A stretch of DNA of 64,000 bases from Saccharolobus islandicus REY15A (lineage in GTDB: Archaea > Thermoproteota > Thermoprotei_A > Sulfolobales > Sulfolobaceae): the NCBI RefSeq assembly GCF_000189555.1, contig NC_017276.1; one strand, 5' to 3'. This document shows positions 1-10,879 of this stretch, piece by piece. A program made the translations under genes and the position numbers. The notes beneath the pieces were generated by a model. It was not told where the DNA came from, searched no databases, and saw only the letters and a program-made list of their open reading frames with translations. The stretch's first letter is position 1. Each line of letters begins with the position of its first letter.

Positions 1-1427
1 GTCATTCGTTTCAAAACCATTCCTTTTAATAAACCTGACGTATCACTTAAGTCTTCACTTAATATTTCATCTCCTACATCATAAGCTAACTTTGCTCCCT
101 TCGTCAATGCACCGTAAACTGTAGATACTGTATAAATATGTATGCCATATCTTTCTTCCCAAAGATCAAAAGATGGTTTTGGTAATCCCTCTTCCATAAA
201 GGACATCATAAATTTTAAGGCCGGCTTTACAAACTTCTTATATAAGGGAAGTATTTCGTCAATGTCTTCGTATTTTTCGTAATGGCTAACTATTGCCCAT
301 ACTTCTAATGCTGTCTCGTCTTCTTGGATTGGATATATCCTTTTCCCCTTATAAAACCAAGGATGCCAAGAACTAGCTAGAGTTGTATTTGGATTATATT
401 TATGGTACAAGAAACCTTCAGAATTTACTATATTAGAAATAAATTGAAAATGTCTTAATGCTAGTTCTTTATAACCAGCTAGATCTAGGGCATAAGCAGC
501 AATTGCCGCATCCCTAGGCCAACAGTATTGATATGAATCCCCATAGATCTTTACAAAGGAGAAGTCTGAGGAGGCTATTATTGACCCGTTAATGTCCATG
601 TGATTTCTTATTACAAAAAGACTAACATCATAGACTCTCTTAATATCTTGCATTAAACTGTTTCTGAAGAGTTTATTTTTCTTTAGCCAATTCCGCCAAA
701 ACATATAGGTCAGCGTGAATGAGGTCTCTACGTTTGCGAAGTTTATTTTTCTTATTTTTTGCCTTAAATCCTCTAGGTTTCTATCTGCAACGATTACATT
801 GTATAATTTCACATAGGAATTAGGATCTATATTTGCCTCTATACCCATACTTGAATTTACATCTCCGTTTTCTATACCGTTAAGCCCCAAATTGCCATCG
901 TAAATATCACCAATCAAGTCACCTTTGCCTACATTATATTCAGAAAATATTGATGTTGTAGTAAATACTTTAAAGGCCAGATATCGTTTAGATTTATAAT
1001 GAACAATTGAAAGGGATAAGGGATCATAAAATGCAGTATCCCCAAATGGATTTGAATATAAGTTTATATCATGTATAAAGAATATTTTTATATTTCTGTT
1101 ATTATTTTCATTATTTGCTACTTTTATAATAGACATATAAATCGGATCATCAGGGTCTAGAAAGTTGTAAGAGAGAAGAGAAAGTCCCAATTTCCTAATG
1201 TCGCTCCTAATCTCAACCATATTTGCTTCATCCAGATACAATACAGTAGTTTCCCATTCTTCATCTAAGGAGATGACATTCTTATCTTTATCCCAAATGG
1301 CTAACCTAATTGGGTTTCCAGAAGTCTGGTTTTCCATTCCAATGTAAGGATAATAAATATCAACTATTCTACCCTTCTCATCGAAGTTTATTAACATTCT
1401 ACCATTTCCTATGGAAGAAACTCTCAT
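1..1427 (-). CDS. Glycoside hydrolase family 15 glucoamylase (3' end runs off the window; missed by the ORF track)
   Basis: Hand translation from ATG at 1427: [33 protein letters not shown]...[16 protein letters not shown]...PIQEDETAL...[16 protein letters not shown]; WPRD and DLWEE are GH15 motifs; frame still open at base 1. Confidence 0.9.
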   Translation of the reverse strand, partial: MRVSSIGNGRMLINFDEKGRIVDIYYPYIGMENQTSGNPIRLAIWDKDKNVISLDEEWETTVLYLDEANMVEIRSDIRKLGLSLLSYNFLDPDDPIYMSIIKVANNENNNRNIKIFFIHDINLYSNPFGDTAFYDPLSLSIVHYKSKRYLAFKVFTTTSIFSEYNVGKGDLIGDIYDGNLGLNGIENGDVNSSMGIEANIDPNSYVKLYNVIVADRNLEDLRQKIRKINFANVETSFTLTYMFWRNWLKKNKLFRNSLMQDIKRVYDVSLFVIRNHMDINGSIIASSDFSFVKIYGDSYQYCWPRDAAIAAYALDLAGYKELALRHFQFISNIVNSEGFLYHKYNPNTTLASSWHPWFYKGKRIYPIQEDETALEVWAIVSHYEKYEDIDEILPLYKKFVKPALKFMMSFMEEGLPKPSFDLWEERYGIHIYTVSTVYGALTKGAKLAYDVGDEILSEDLSDTSGLLKGMVLKRM

Positions 1428-1441
1428 GGTGAGATGCCTTA

Positions 1442-2707
1442 TCACGTTAATATTGTATCATGAATTCTACTGCCGGCATTTATAAACTTGTGTGGGTAAA
1501 TTCTAGAACCTATAATCTCACTACCTTCCCCTATTATTACATCGTCGGCAATTACACTATCTATTATCCTAACTGGTTTCTCATCGTTTGACCTTATCTC
1601 GACATGCCTAGCTATTATCGAATTTTCAATGTATACGTTATCTCCAATATAACCTCTATCCATAATCGCGCTTCTTACTATCTTTACTCCCTTCCCAATC
1701 ATCGTGAAGTTATCTACATTAGACTCCTCTATATATGTATAGTCACCTATTTGACAATGTCTACCTATAAGCACATCCCCTTCAATTTTTATGAGTCCTT
1801 TCTTGAATTTTCTCTGTATCTCCTTTCTTCTCTTCCTTGAGTCCGGACTTGTTCCTTGTACAAATATACGTCTATTAGGATCTATCCTCATTCCACCTAT
1901 TTCAGAATCTGGCAATGTGTGTAATAGCGTAATCATTGCGTCCAAATAACGTTCTGGAGTACCTATATCAAACCATATTTCTTTCATGGGATATCCGTAA
2001 ACTGGATAACCTTTATTTATCAAGTATGGAATTATATCCTTTCCGAAATCCATTTTACCCATATTATACATTTCCTTCACGTCATTACTCTCAAAGATCT
2101 TTCTTATTTCGGGGGATAGAATATAAATTCCAGTATTTATTAGATCTGATGGCGCGTCCTCTCTTCTCTTAGGCTTTTCAACAAATTTTCTTATTGCCAA
2201 GTCCCCAGTAGTATCGGCTACACCAAATTCACTTAGGTCTCCTTCATATTTCTTCAGTACTATGGTCATCAACGAGCCTTTAGATTCGTGAAATTCCAAT
2301 GCCTTTGCTATATCCAACTTGAATATGTTATCTCCTTGTACTACTATAATAGGCTCATTAATGTCATAATATTCGATATTTATTCTCACAGAATCGGCGT
2401 TACCTATACTATCTACTCTTGGTTGATACTTAAAGTGAACTCTTGGCTTAATCTTATATCTTGCTGAAAAACCAATACCCTCCTTGAATAAGTCAAACAA
2501 AGACCTATAATTTACATACCCCCTTACACCAAAGATGAATTCCTTAATCCCTTGTTTAGCTAACTCTAAAATTGTATATTCAATAAGTGGTCTGTTAAGT
2601 AATCTAATAGCTGCCTTAGATGTTTCTATTGTTAAAGGTCGTAATCGGGTAGCTTCCCCACCTATGGGAATTATGACTTTTACATCTGATATATCCCACT
2701 TTGTCAT
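1442..2707 (-). CDS. Sugar-1-phosphate nucleotidyltransferase (NDP-sugar pyrophosphorylase, GlgC-like) with C-terminal left-handed beta-helix
   Basis: [13 protein letters not shown] signature, FVEKP, WFDIGT, hexapeptide repeats; ATG at 2707 (ORF track starts at TTG 2710); sits in glycogen cluster. Confidence 0.9.
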   Translation of the reverse strand: MTKWDISDVKVIIPIGGEATRLRPLTIETSKAAIRLLNRPLIEYTILELAKQGIKEFIFGVRGYVNYRSLFDLFKEGIGFSARYKIKPRVHFKYQPRVDSIGNADSVRINIEYYDINEPIIVVQGDNIFKLDIAKALEFHESKGSLMTIVLKKYEGDLSEFGVADTTGDLAIRKFVEKPKRREDAPSDLINTGIYILSPEIRKIFESNDVKEMYNMGKMDFGKDIIPYLINKGYPVYGYPMKEIWFDIGTPERYLDAMITLLHTLPDSEIGGMRIDPNRRIFVQGTSPDSRKRRKEIQRKFKKGLIKIEGDVLIGRHCQIGDYTYIEESNVDNFTMIGKGVKIVRSAIMDRGYIGDNVYIENSIIARHVEIRSNDEKPVRIIDSVIADDVIIGEGSEIIGSRIYPHKFINAGSRIHDTILT

Positions 2708-2744
2708 CAAATAATATTTATGAACGTGTAACTTATAAAAAGAT

Positions 2745-4088
2745 ATGAAAAGAATAATATTAGGATTTGAAGTTCATCAGCCGTTCAGGATTAGAAGAGA
2801 TTTCTTCTGGAACCCGAGATTTAGGCAAAGCTTAGAGGATAGGTTTTTCGATACTCAGAGAAATAAGGATATATTTGAGAGAATAAAGAAGAACTGCTAT
2901 ATCCCTGCAACTAATATAATACTAAACTCCATTGAAAGAGCTGAAGAGGAAGGTAAAGACGTTAAATACTTCTTTTCAATTTCAGGTACTTTCTTAGAGC
3001 AAGCTGAAAGATGGGGAAGAGAAGTAATAGACTTGTTTCAACAATTGGCTTACACTCATAAAGTTGAATTTCTAGCACAAACATACTATCACTCAGTAAC
3101 TGGTCTTTGGGAGGATAAAAGTGAATGGAGAGAGCAAGTTAAGATGCATAGGGATGCTATAAAATCGTATTTTGGGCAATATCCTACTACTTTTGAAAAC
3201 ACTGAATTAATAACTAAAAGGGATATTATAGAAGAAGCTGAAAGGATGGGCTTTAAGATGATGTTAAGCGAAGGGACTAGTAGGAATTTAAGGGGAAGAA
3301 GTCCAAATTATGTCTATAAATTAAAGGGACATGAGATTAGAATATTGTTTAGAAATTACATATTAAGTGACGATATAGCCTTCAGGTTTTCTAATCCAAA
3401 TTGGGATCAATATCCGTTAACGGCTTCCAAATACGCTGATTGGATAAGTAAGAGTGAGGGAAATGTGGGATTAATATTCGTAGATTACGAGACTTTTGGA
3501 GAACATCACAAAGAGCATACTGGAATTTTAGAATTTCTCAAATGGCTACCAATAGAGCTTGAGAATAAAGGGGTGGAAATGATGATGCCAAAGGACGTTT
3601 ACAATGATGTCTATGATGAAATAGAGATCTCTCACACTACCTCATGGGCGGATATAGAAAAGGATGAGAAAAGTTGGTTAGGTAATATAATGCAATGGGC
3701 TTACGACGACGCAGTTAGAAGGGCTGAGATGCCCTCAAGGGAATTGGGGAATGAGTACTTAAGAGTTTGGAGGTATTTCACTACAAGCGATAATTACTAT
3801 TATCTTTATTTAGGGCATGGGAGTCCAGCTGAAGTACATTCCTATTTCAACGCCTTTGGATCTCCTATAGACGCATTTATAAATGAATTTTATGCAATAT
3901 CGACATTTATACATGAGGAGATAAATAAATTAAATATTAAGAATGAGCCTTATATATTTATGTTAGGAGATAAGAGAGCGTCAATAGCTTGGAATGAAAA
4001 AGAATTCATGGAAATTATAATGAGAGATGAAAGGTTTAAAACTCATTTGAAAAACTTAAGGCAGTGGTTAGGAAATGAAAAGGATTGA
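2745..4088 (+). CDS. Glycoside hydrolase family 57 (alpha-amylase/amylopullulanase type)
   Basis: HQP (CSR1), FENTEL nucleophile region, VDYETFGEH acid/base region. Confidence 0.9.
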   Translation: MKRIILGFEVHQPFRIRRDFFWNPRFRQSLEDRFFDTQRNKDIFERIKKNCYIPATNIILNSIERAEEEGKDVKYFFSISGTFLEQAERWGREVIDLFQQLAYTHKVEFLAQTYYHSVTGLWEDKSEWREQVKMHRDAIKSYFGQYPTTFENTELITKRDIIEEAERMGFKMMLSEGTSRNLRGRSPNYVYKLKGHEIRILFRNYILSDDIAFRFSNPNWDQYPLTASKYADWISKSEGNVGLIFVDYETFGEHHKEHTGILEFLKWLPIELENKGVEMMMPKDVYNDVYDEIEISHTTSWADIEKDEKSWLGNIMQWAYDDAVRRAEMPSRELGNEYLRVWRYFTTSDNYYYLYLGHGSPAEVHSYFNAFGSPIDAFINEFYAISTFIHEEINKLNIKNEPYIFMLGDKRASIAWNEKEFMEIIMRDERFKTHLKNLRQWLGNEKD

Positions 4089-5775
4089 ATCACTGTGGTT
4101 ACCTGAGGACATTAAAAAAGTGTGGATGATAACATTTGAATTGCAAAAGATAGCAAGTGTAGGAGGATTAGGAAATGCTGTATATAACATGGCTAAACAT
4201 CTAGCTGAAAAGGGAATAGATATTACGGTTTTCATGCCATCTCATGGAAGGCATCTAAATGAATACTATAGGTCTCTCTTAAGTTTGAGGCACATTGACA
4301 TGGTTGTTGAGGGAAGAAGAAAGGGATTAGATAATAACTATTATCATTATAAAATAGGGTTTGAAGAAGGAAAAATAGATAATTTCAAGGTGATTTTGGT
4401 AAAAGGATTAGATTATAATACTGGTAGAATATTGGATTCATGGAACGTATATGATAACACAATGGAGAAAACTTCGCTCCTTACAAGAGGATTAGAGGGA
4501 TTCACTTTAGGCAATCTATCTAACCTTCCAGATATAATCCATGCACAAGATTGGCACGCTGTAATTCCCGCAGTAAGGATAAAACAACTCTTGGAAGAGA
4601 GACGAATAATCGTCCCAGTTATTTACACCATTCACTTGCTGAATTACATTGGCGTACCTTGGCACTACGCTTCTCAGGACTGGTCTGGAATTGAGGATTG
4701 CTGGCATTATATTTGGATGGTGGCTAGGCATGAATTATATAAATATTCATATGTATGGGATGTGTTGTCAAATGGAAAAATTGAGAAATTTGGTTGTTAC
4801 GAGGCTGATATGTTAAGTAGTGTAAGCTACAGTTATTTAAGTTTTGACGTATTCAATTTTGTAGGAAATTGGGTAGCCAATAAATCATGTGTAACGTATA
4901 ATGGCACAGATTGGGATGTAGAAGAGATCCAGAATAAGGCTGTTACAGTGTATGGAACTAAGGACAGAAGGGAGTTAAGGAGAAGGCTCCTTTCATCTCT
5001 ACACTCACTCAGAGTTATTCCAGAGGACTACACTACCGGCAATATGCTATGGAATAGTAGGGGTAAGTTAGGGGTAAGAGATGATTGGACTTTCGATGAT
5101 TTAGGGGAAGGGCCCTTGGTTTTATTTACTGGGAGATTAGTGTATCAAAAGGGTATAGATTTACTTTTTAGGGCTATGAAGACAGTTGTGAATGAAATAA
5201 ATAATGCTAGACTCTTAGTTTTTGGAATTCCGTCCGGAGATTATAACTTGCTTTGGGATATTATAGAGAGAGCTTCAGAAATTAGGGATAACATGAGGCT
5301 AATAGTAGGTAGAATGGATTTAGATATATATAAGCTATTTCATTACGTTTCCTCAGTCTTCGTAATTCCATCTAGATGGGAACCGTTTGGTATAAATTCG
5401 ATCGAGGCTATGGCTATGGGATTACCAGTAATTGCCTATGCTGTAGGGGGTTTAAGAGAGACAATCGTTGACATTAGAGAGGATAAAAATAATGGCACAG
5501 GTTTCTTGATTAAGCCTGAAAGTATAGACGAATTAGCTAGAGCTATAAAAAATGCGTTATATTTGTCAGAGGCTTCAGAGCTTAATAGAAGCGATTTGTT
5601 ATATAAGGCTAGTGAGGTTAAAGTAGATGATACGAGATACTGGGAGAAGGTACGTGAAAATGCAATAATTAGGGTTAAGACTAGATTTAGATGGGATGCA
5701 GTGATAAACTCTTTAATTGAGTGTTATAGAAGGACTCTCGATATGGCTAAATATAGGGCTTTAGCCTCCTTTTGA
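4075..5775 (+). CDS. glgA: Glycogen/starch synthase (GT5)
   Basis: K-x-x-x-GGLG N-terminal motif, HAQDWH, GRLVYQKG, PSRWEPFG; 14-nt overlap with GH57. Confidence 0.92.
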   Translation: MKRIESLWLPEDIKKVWMITFELQKIASVGGLGNAVYNMAKHLAEKGIDITVFMPSHGRHLNEYYRSLLSLRHIDMVVEGRRKGLDNNYYHYKIGFEEGKIDNFKVILVKGLDYNTGRILDSWNVYDNTMEKTSLLTRGLEGFTLGNLSNLPDIIHAQDWHAVIPAVRIKQLLEERRIIVPVIYTIHLLNYIGVPWHYASQDWSGIEDCWHYIWMVARHELYKYSYVWDVLSNGKIEKFGCYEADMLSSVSYSYLSFDVFNFVGNWVANKSCVTYNGTDWDVEEIQNKAVTVYGTKDRRELRRRLLSSLHSLRVIPEDYTTGNMLWNSRGKLGVRDDWTFDDLGEGPLVLFTGRLVYQKGIDLLFRAMKTVVNEINNARLLVFGIPSGDYNLLWDIIERASEIRDNMRLIVGRMDLDIYKLFHYVSSVFVIPSRWEPFGINSIEAMAMGLPVIAYAVGGLRETIVDIREDKNNGTGFLIKPESIDELARAIKNALYLSEASELNRSDLLYKASEVKVDDTRYWEKVRENAIIRVKTRFRWDAVINSLIECYRRTLDMAKYRALASF

Positions 5776-5785
5776 GGAAGATATT

Positions 5786-6472
5786 ATGGATATAAAGAAC
5801 GCATTGGAAAGAAAAGACATCAAATATTTGATAAGGTATATAAGAAGTGTACTTAATTTGCTGAAAAGTAAAGATAGATTAGAAAGAGAAGTTGGATGGA
5901 AAGCTATAGATTTCTTAATCGAAACTGGGAATGTTAATGAACTAGTCCAGTATAGGAATTACTTAAGATCATTGCTGTGGCATAGATTGCAAGGGGTTAG
6001 AGATGACGCCTGGAAACACTTACATGTGTATAAAATCTTACAGACAAAGGGGATTGAAAGAGCATTAACTGCGCAATCAGACAAAATAAAATGGTCTGCT
6101 TGGAGTAATGTTCTAAATTTAGTTCAACTAGGGATGGTTCCAAAAGAACACATCAGAAGCGTGAGATACGCCTATTGGAGATTATTAAGAAGTATATATC
6201 CAACTATTAGGAAAAAAGCTTGGAGACTGTTTGTTAAATTAGTTCATGAAGGGATATTTGACTCCTCAGATAAGCATAGGTTTTCTGAATTGCTAAAAAG
6301 CAATAAAGCCAATGTTAGAATTCTGGCCTGGAGGACGGCTTTCATGCTTGTTAAAGAAAATTTCATCAGTGTAGATGAGTTAAAGGCAAATATTGGATAT
6401 CTAGAGGAGCTAACTATGCAACAAAGTAAAGTTAAAAAAGTTGCTGAGAAATTAATTAAAGAACTAACTTGA
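5786..6472 (+). CDS. Conserved hypothetical protein, probably all-alpha HEAT/ARM-like repeats
   Basis: 228 aa; recurring L-L-x-S-x-x-x-x-(V/I)R-x-x-AW pattern; operon position after glgA. Confidence 0.65.
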   Translation: MDIKNALERKDIKYLIRYIRSVLNLLKSKDRLEREVGWKAIDFLIETGNVNELVQYRNYLRSLLWHRLQGVRDDAWKHLHVYKILQTKGIERALTAQSDKIKWSAWSNVLNLVQLGMVPKEHIRSVRYAYWRLLRSIYPTIRKKAWRLFVKLVHEGIFDSSDKHRFSELLKSNKANVRILAWRTAFMLVKENFISVDELKANIGYLEELTMQQSKVKKVAEKLIKELT

Positions 6473-7566
6473 AAGTTGGAATTGTAGGAGGAGGGATAGT
6501 AGGCTTATTTACTGCTTATTACCTAGGTAAGGAAGGGATAAAAGACATTATAATATATGAAAAAGGTTTCCTAGGAGCTGGTTCTATACACGCTGCAGGC
6601 TTGATAGAGCCTTATAGATTTGATAAAATAAATACCCTTAGCATGATTAAAAAGATGTTAAAATATAAAATGAATGGGAGTACTGACATAAAGGAAGTTG
6701 ACAAACTTTGGTTGATAGAGCTTATTAAGAATCTAGAAAAGAATCCTCCAAAAGAAGCTTGGGATACAATGAGAGAAATGGCTAAGTTTTCTCTATCGGA
6801 ATACAAGAGAATGGCTGAGGAAAAGAACGATTTCGATTATCATGAAGATGGTCTTCTTGAATTGTATCATAATTCTAAAGAGTTTGAAAATGGAATAGAG
6901 GATGAGAAAAAGAGTCCGTTTAGTCCTAAGTTTGAAGTTGAGGAAGTAAAGGGTTTTGCAGGTGGGATATTCTTTCCGGAACTAAGTAGAATATCTACTG
7001 AAAAATTCGTTGATAGAATTTCAAGAGAAATTACCGACAATATAAAGGTTAGAAATGAAGAGGTTAATAAGGTATCTAAAGAGGGATACGTAGGTGAGGA
7101 AAAGTATGACTTGGTAATAGTAGCAGCTGGGGTTTGGTCTAGAATACTTAAAATTCCACTAACTGCGTTTAAGGGTTATGGGTATAGAGTTAAAGGCGTT
7201 AGTAAGTTAAATCGCGCAGCAGTTATTGTGGATTACGGTCTAGCTATCTCACCGTTAAGTGATCACATAAAGATAACTGGAGGATTTGATGCAGACTTTT
7301 CCATTTACTCCAAAAGAGCTGAAGAATTTCTAAAAAAAGCTAAAGAATTAGTTGATATCCAATACGTTAATGATTTAAACATGGGCTTTAGGCCATGTTC
7401 ACCAGATGGTTTCCCAATAATTGGGAGGAGAAATAATCTAGTATTAGTCACTGGAGCGTGTAGGTTAGGATGGAGTTATGGACCAGCTATGGGTAGATAT
7501 GCGGCTGATTTAGCCCTAGATAAGGTGAAAGATCTTGGTTATATTTCACGATACTTTCATGAATAA
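6469..7566 (+). CDS. FAD-dependent oxidoreductase, D-amino-acid dehydrogenase/oxidase (DadA/DAO) family
   Basis: GGGIVG Rossmann motif, GFRPCSPDGFPIIG, G..LGWSYGPAMG; TTG start in a TTGA 4-nt overlap. Confidence 0.88.
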   Translation: MKVGIVGGGIVGLFTAYYLGKEGIKDIIIYEKGFLGAGSIHAAGLIEPYRFDKINTLSMIKKMLKYKMNGSTDIKEVDKLWLIELIKNLEKNPPKEAWDTMREMAKFSLSEYKRMAEEKNDFDYHEDGLLELYHNSKEFENGIEDEKKSPFSPKFEVEEVKGFAGGIFFPELSRISTEKFVDRISREITDNIKVRNEEVNKVSKEGYVGEEKYDLVIVAAGVWSRILKIPLTAFKGYGYRVKGVSKLNRAAVIVDYGLAISPLSDHIKITGGFDADFSIYSKRAEEFLKKAKELVDIQYVNDLNMGFRPCSPDGFPIIGRRNNLVLVTGACRLGWSYGPAMGRYAADLALDKVKDLGYISRYFHE

Positions 7567-7577
7567 CAACTGGATAC

Positions 7578-7586
7578 GCTAGATCA
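7578..7586. repeat. Left target-site duplication GCTAGATCA
   Basis: Identical 9-mer at 8537-8545 on the other side of the IS relic. Confidence 0.85.
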
Positions 7587-8536
7587 TGCTTTATGGGCTA
7601 CTTTAGAATTATACAAAAATCTATAACTTATTATGTCGATTATTACCCATGAGAAAGAGGAAGTACAAAAGAGACTGGAGCAACTACGACAAGAACGTCA
7701 TAACTAGGTACAAGCTAATGTTCCCCCCTTCTACGTTTTCGAACACTGGTTAACTAGCAGAGGAGAATAGGTACGCCAAAACCAAGTATAGAGCTCCAAA
7801 GGAGTTCAGCGAATTCCTAGCCTTCCTACCTTATATATAGAAGGAATATTGAGAGCCCTAGAGAGATTGAAAATAATCCCAACCAACCTCTCAATGGGAG
7901 AGAGTAAGAAACATAAGCGTGACCTTCCCAGAAGCAAACGACCAACTTGAAGTAATAGCAGATACAACGGGAATAAGCACAAGTAAGGGAGGACAATACA
8001 TTATAGCAAAATGGGGTAAGACTAGGATTCAAAATTCCTCAAGATCGAGATAATAATGGATAAGGACCAGTTCAACGTGATAAACGCTGAGGTTACCAGC
8101 AACGAGGTTGAAACTGCGATTAGGGATTTACGAGATAAGGGAAAGAAGTTTTATGGAGGCTTATGATGCTAACGAGATTTACAAGACTGGAGTTGGGGTT
8201 GTTGTCCCACCTAGGTTTCTACGAAGCGTGGTCATCCTTTTAGGCTGTGCGGGAGTTCAAGAAGTTGGGTTATGGTGTTAGATGGAGGTTGAGTCCTTGT
8301 TTTCTGTTGTTAGCTTTTGGAGAATCTGTTAGGGCTATGAGTTTTTCATATAAAGTGGTTGAGGCTAAGCTCTGGGTTTACGCGTGCATGGTCCACCTGG
8401 CTAATTCTGTAGTCGGTAGGGCTCCGGGTATTAAGGTGTGAGCTTGAGAATAACGTTGAAATAAATACTAGTTATCAAAAAATTCTCCTTGTATTATATC
8501 ATCTTTATAAAATAAAATGAACTAATCAACAAAGCA
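7587..8536 (+). mobile_element. Degenerate IS5-family (IS903 group, ISC1058-like) insertion sequence, 950 bp
   Basis: Imperfect terminal inverted repeats TGCTTT...AAAGCA, perfect 9-bp direct repeats outside them, fragmented transposase inside. Confidence 0.88.
7649..8441 (+). pseudogene. Frameshifted, internally deleted DDE transposase
   Basis: Fragments in changing frames: MRKRKYKRDWSNYDKNVITRY, LAEENRYAKTKYRAPKEF, VIADTTGIS, AYDANEIY, GVRWR.ESLFS, MVHLANSVVGRAPGIKV*; several frameshifts. Confidence 0.88.
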
Positions 8537-8545
8537 GCTAGATCA
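8537..8545. repeat. Right target-site duplication GCTAGATCA
   Basis: Identical to 7578-7586. Confidence 0.85.
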
Positions 8546-8647
8546 ATAATGTTAAAGATAAAGAAAATTTCCATCCAATTTTAGTGTAATTTAAAAGAAA
8601 TGGGGTTTAAGAAATAATTTAAACTATTAATACGTAGAGTATTATTG

Positions 8648-9160
8648 ATGAGCGAGAGTCAAGAACTAAGAAGAAAATTAATTGAAGCTAAAAAACTGAT
8701 ATTAGATGGTTTCGTTGAACAAGGAATTGAACTACTCTCTAAGACAATTACATCAGAAAACATTAAAGAATCAAATTGGATTATATGCAATGTAATAGAT
8801 ACAGCAGATTGTGATGCAGTTGTAAAAACCCTAGATTCCATAGGAAAAATATTTGATATGTCCCCTTGTGCTAATATAAAGAGAATAGTTTACTGTTATG
8901 CGTTAGTGAATAAAGCGAGTGAATATGTTGATTTGGCACTAGATATTATAGTCAAGTCAAATAAAAAGGATGCATTAGATAAACTATATAATGATTTGAA
9001 AAATGAAAAAATTAATCCAGAGTTCTTATTGAAGATAGGAATTGCATATAAGAAACTAGGTGCAGTTAGAGAAAGTAATGAAGTCCTAAGAAAGGCATGT
9101 GAAAATGGATTAAAAGAGGCATGTGAAAACATTAAAGAAATAGCTAGTAAGATTATGTAA
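8648..9160 (+). CDS. DUF1955-family helical repeat protein
   Basis: Recalled similarity to Sulfolobus DUF1955 proteins (ends GLKEACENI); ATG at 8648 about 28 nt after TTTAAAC; 1-nt overlap with pyk. Confidence 0.7.
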   Translation: MSESQELRRKLIEAKKLILDGFVEQGIELLSKTITSENIKESNWIICNVIDTADCDAVVKTLDSIGKIFDMSPCANIKRIVYCYALVNKASEYVDLALDIIVKSNKKDALDKLYNDLKNEKINPEFLLKIGIAYKKLGAVRESNEVLRKACENGLKEACENIKEIASKIM

Positions 9161-10509
9161 TGAGAAAAACTAAAATAGTTGCCACTTTAGGTCCTTCCTC
9201 AGAGGAAAAAGTAAAGGAGCTTGCTGAATACGTTGATGTTTTTAGAATAAATTTTGCTCATGGTGATGAAAAATCCCACAAGAAGTATTTTGATCTCATT
9301 ATGACATACGCACCAGAGTCTAGCATCTTAGTAGATTTACCAGGGCCTAAATTGAGACTGGGAGAGCTTAAAGAACCAATAGAGGTGAAGAAAGGAGATA
9401 AAATAATTTTCTCCCAAAAAGATGGAATTCCAGTCGATGATGAGCTATTCTATTCCGCTGTAAAAGAAAACTCATACATCTTAATTGCAGATGGAACAAT
9501 ACGTGTAAGGGTCACGTCGAAAAGTAAGGATAAAGTAGAGGGAATTGTTGTAGAGGGTGGAATTTTATTATCGAGAAAAGGAATAAATATCCCTAACGTC
9601 AGTCTAAAATCTGGGATAACAGATAACGATTTAAAACTTTTGAAAAGAGCGTTGGATTTGGGAGCAGATTATATAGGTCTCTCTTTTGTAATCAGTGAAG
9701 ATGATGTAAAGAAGGTAAAGGAATTTGTAAAAGATGAAGCGTGGATTATTGCAAAGATAGAGAAGAGTGAGGCGTTAAAGAACTTGACCAATATTGTCAA
9801 GGAATCAGATGGAATAATGGTAGCTCGAGGCGATTTGGGAGTTGAGACTGGGCTAGAAAATTTGCCTTTAATTCAAAGGAGAATAGTAAGGATTTCAAGA
9901 GTATTTGGCAAACCCGTTATTTTAGCAACTCAAGTACTAACTTCAATGATAAACAGTCCTATACCTACTAGGGCGGAAATTATAGATATTTCTAACTCAA
10001 TCATGCAGGGCGTAGACTCTATAATGTTAAGCGATGAAACTGCCATAGGTAATTATCCAGTTGAAAGCGTAAGAACTCTTCATAATATTATAAGTAATGT
10101 AGAAAAGAGTATAAAGCACGGACCAATTGGGCCTCTTAATAGTGAAAGTGATGCAATAGCTTTAGCTGCTGTAAACGCAAGTAAAATATCTAAAGCAGAC
10201 GTAATAGTAGTGTATAGTAGATCAGGGAATTCAATATTGCGTGTATCGAGATTAAGGCCTGAGCGTAACATAATAGGAATCTCTCCTGATCCTAAACTAT
10301 CTAAGAAGTTTAAGCTATGTTATGGTGTAATACCTCTAAGTATAAGCAAGAAAATGGAATCAATAGACGAGATAATAGACGTTTCCACAAAGCTGATGGA
10401 GAAAAAGGTTAAGGACTTAAGATTTAAAAAAATTGTTATTGTAGGAGGGGATCCAAAACAAGAGGCAGGGAAGACTAACTTCGTCATAGTCAAGACATTA
10501 GAACAGTAG
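9160..10509 (+). CDS. pyk: Pyruvate kinase
   Basis: RKTKIVATLGP, FRINFAHG, DLPGPKLR, IAKIEK, MVARGDLGVE, VMLS-type IMLSDETAIG. Confidence 0.97.
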   Translation: MRKTKIVATLGPSSEEKVKELAEYVDVFRINFAHGDEKSHKKYFDLIMTYAPESSILVDLPGPKLRLGELKEPIEVKKGDKIIFSQKDGIPVDDELFYSAVKENSYILIADGTIRVRVTSKSKDKVEGIVVEGGILLSRKGINIPNVSLKSGITDNDLKLLKRALDLGADYIGLSFVISEDDVKKVKEFVKDEAWIIAKIEKSEALKNLTNIVKESDGIMVARGDLGVETGLENLPLIQRRIVRISRVFGKPVILATQVLTSMINSPIPTRAEIIDISNSIMQGVDSIMLSDETAIGNYPVESVRTLHNIISNVEKSIKHGPIGPLNSESDAIALAAVNASKISKADVIVVYSRSGNSILRVSRLRPERNIIGISPDPKLSKKFKLCYGVIPLSISKKMESIDEIIDVSTKLMEKKVKDLRFKKIVIVGGDPKQEAGKTNFVIVKTLEQ

Positions 10510-10833
10510 AAGGAATGATAGAATTATTGCAAAAATTATAATTATAACAGAAAAGATAGTATTCTCAGTCTTTTTTGGTTTAATAGAACCTTTCTCTAAA
10601 TCCTTTTCGTAAGCTAAATACGTATATAAACCGTAAAGTATGGTTATTACACCTAAAATTATCATGACCTCACCGTAAATTATTGACGTAGACTGAGTAT
10701 TGCCAGTTGGCTTTAGAAGATGTAGAAAGAGTACGAATTTAGCTATAACAAAGCCAAAACCTATAAGAGCAATTCCAGTTCTTATCCATGCTAATAAGGT
10801 CCTTTCATTTGCTAGATGATCTGAGTTTGACAT
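10498..10833 (-). CDS. DUF202/YidH-family small membrane protein
   Basis: DHLANERTLLAWIRT signature and three hydrophobic segments. Confidence 0.88.
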   Translation of the reverse strand: MSNSDHLANERTLLAWIRTGIALIGFGFVIAKFVLFLHLLKPTGNTQSTSIIYGEVMIILGVITILYGLYTYLAYEKDLEKGSIKPKKTENTIFSVIIIIFAIILSFLLLF

Positions 10834-10879
10834 ATTTAAACACCCTAAGGTTAAATACCTATGAAATATAATTTGTTTA

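Noticed and set aside
1604-2172. Two 78-aa plus-strand ORFs
   Set aside because: Antisense to the nucleotidyltransferase; the same applies to the other short nested ORFs in the track
7826-8441. 68-aa (-) and 64-aa (+) ORFs as independent genes
   Set aside because: They lie in the IS relic; the 64-aa ORF is partly the transposase C-terminus
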